DNA of 63,984 nt, the filler included, from Blastocystis sp. subtype 4 (Eukaryota), in assembly GCF_000743755.1 (NCBI RefSeq). It is 5 parts of 5 records of this genome, joined end to end, with 100 filler letters (N's around TTAATTAATTAA, not from the genome) between each part and the next. Parts side by side here need not be neighbours in the genome. Positions count along the whole stretch, not along the records: positions 56,355 to 63,984 come from NW_014569154.1; 4 more parts are not named here. One strand, written 5' to 3'. The notes beneath the pieces are model-generated. The model was given only the letters and a program-made list of their open reading frames with translations, ran no database searches and was not told where the DNA came from. A program made the position numbers and the translations under genes. Positions within the stretch are counted from its first letter, which is position 1, and the number at the start of each line of letters is the position of its first letter. This document shows, in pieces, positions 63,603 through 63,984 of this stretch.

Positions 63603-63984
63603 GAGGAATGAATGAAGAGTCTATCATTCAACATTCTGTATTCTCGTAGAATGTATCTGTATTGTTGTAATGGATATTTAGGTTTATTGTTTTGTCAAAC
63701 ATTGAAGACGATATCAATTAGGAACAATAGTACAAATGTGGAAATAAAAAATCGCTCATGCCAGTGACTAGATTTACATTCCATCCATATTACTTGTTCA
63801 AAACTCATGGGTACTATTATTAGTCACTTACTACAAGTATTGTTGATCTTCTATTATCATTGATTCCAAACATTTCATCTTTGCGTTCGAGAAAATGACT
63901 TGATTTGATCCACGACGGAATGGGAATCAGCCAATTTCAGTATTCCACCGTGTTCATCTATTCTTTTCAAATACTCGTTGCTTT

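Noticed and set aside
63700..63984. Possible 3' end of a minus-strand gene at the window edge
   Set aside because: Too short, with no recognisable motif and ambiguous splicing
1..63984. CRISPR arrays, prokaryotic operons, tRNA/rRNA genes, transposons
   Set aside because: None recognised by eye; the tandem repeats found are protein-coding

Overview
Compact eukaryotic nuclear DNA, almost certainly Blastocystis (stramenopile gut protist). The evidence is ~30-nt GT-AG introns, intergenic gaps of tens to hundreds of bp, and the TGTTTGTT polyadenylation element at gene ends. The window is five unrelated contigs joined by artificial 100-nt N/TTAATTAATTAA/N linkers (14050, 28143, 42219, 56255), so neighbourhood across linkers means nothing. 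About 36 intron-rich genes were reconstructed by hand; internal exon boundaries and some starts are inferred. Main observations: (1) four 40-44-nt minor-spliceosome (U12-type) introns, two AT-AC and two AT-AG, including two in one methyltransferase gene; (2) a Rid-family gene with a likely mitochondrial presequence, an AT-AG minor intron and an apparent GA-AG intron; (3) about 13 genes whose stop codon is made or completed by polyadenylation (known in Blastocystis), often via back-to-back signals shared by convergent genes; (4) one spliced ORF fusing a permuted NlpC/P60 thiol hydrolase, cNMP-binding domains, an EF-hand-like segment and a mitochondrial carrier; (5) a catalytically degenerate kinesin-14, a YqjM-like flavoenzyme lacking its proton-donor Tyr, a probable PTEN-PHD-repeat-FH2 formin split across two contigs, and a candidate structured RNA near 38.4 kb. 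No database searches were run; family calls rest on recognised motifs.
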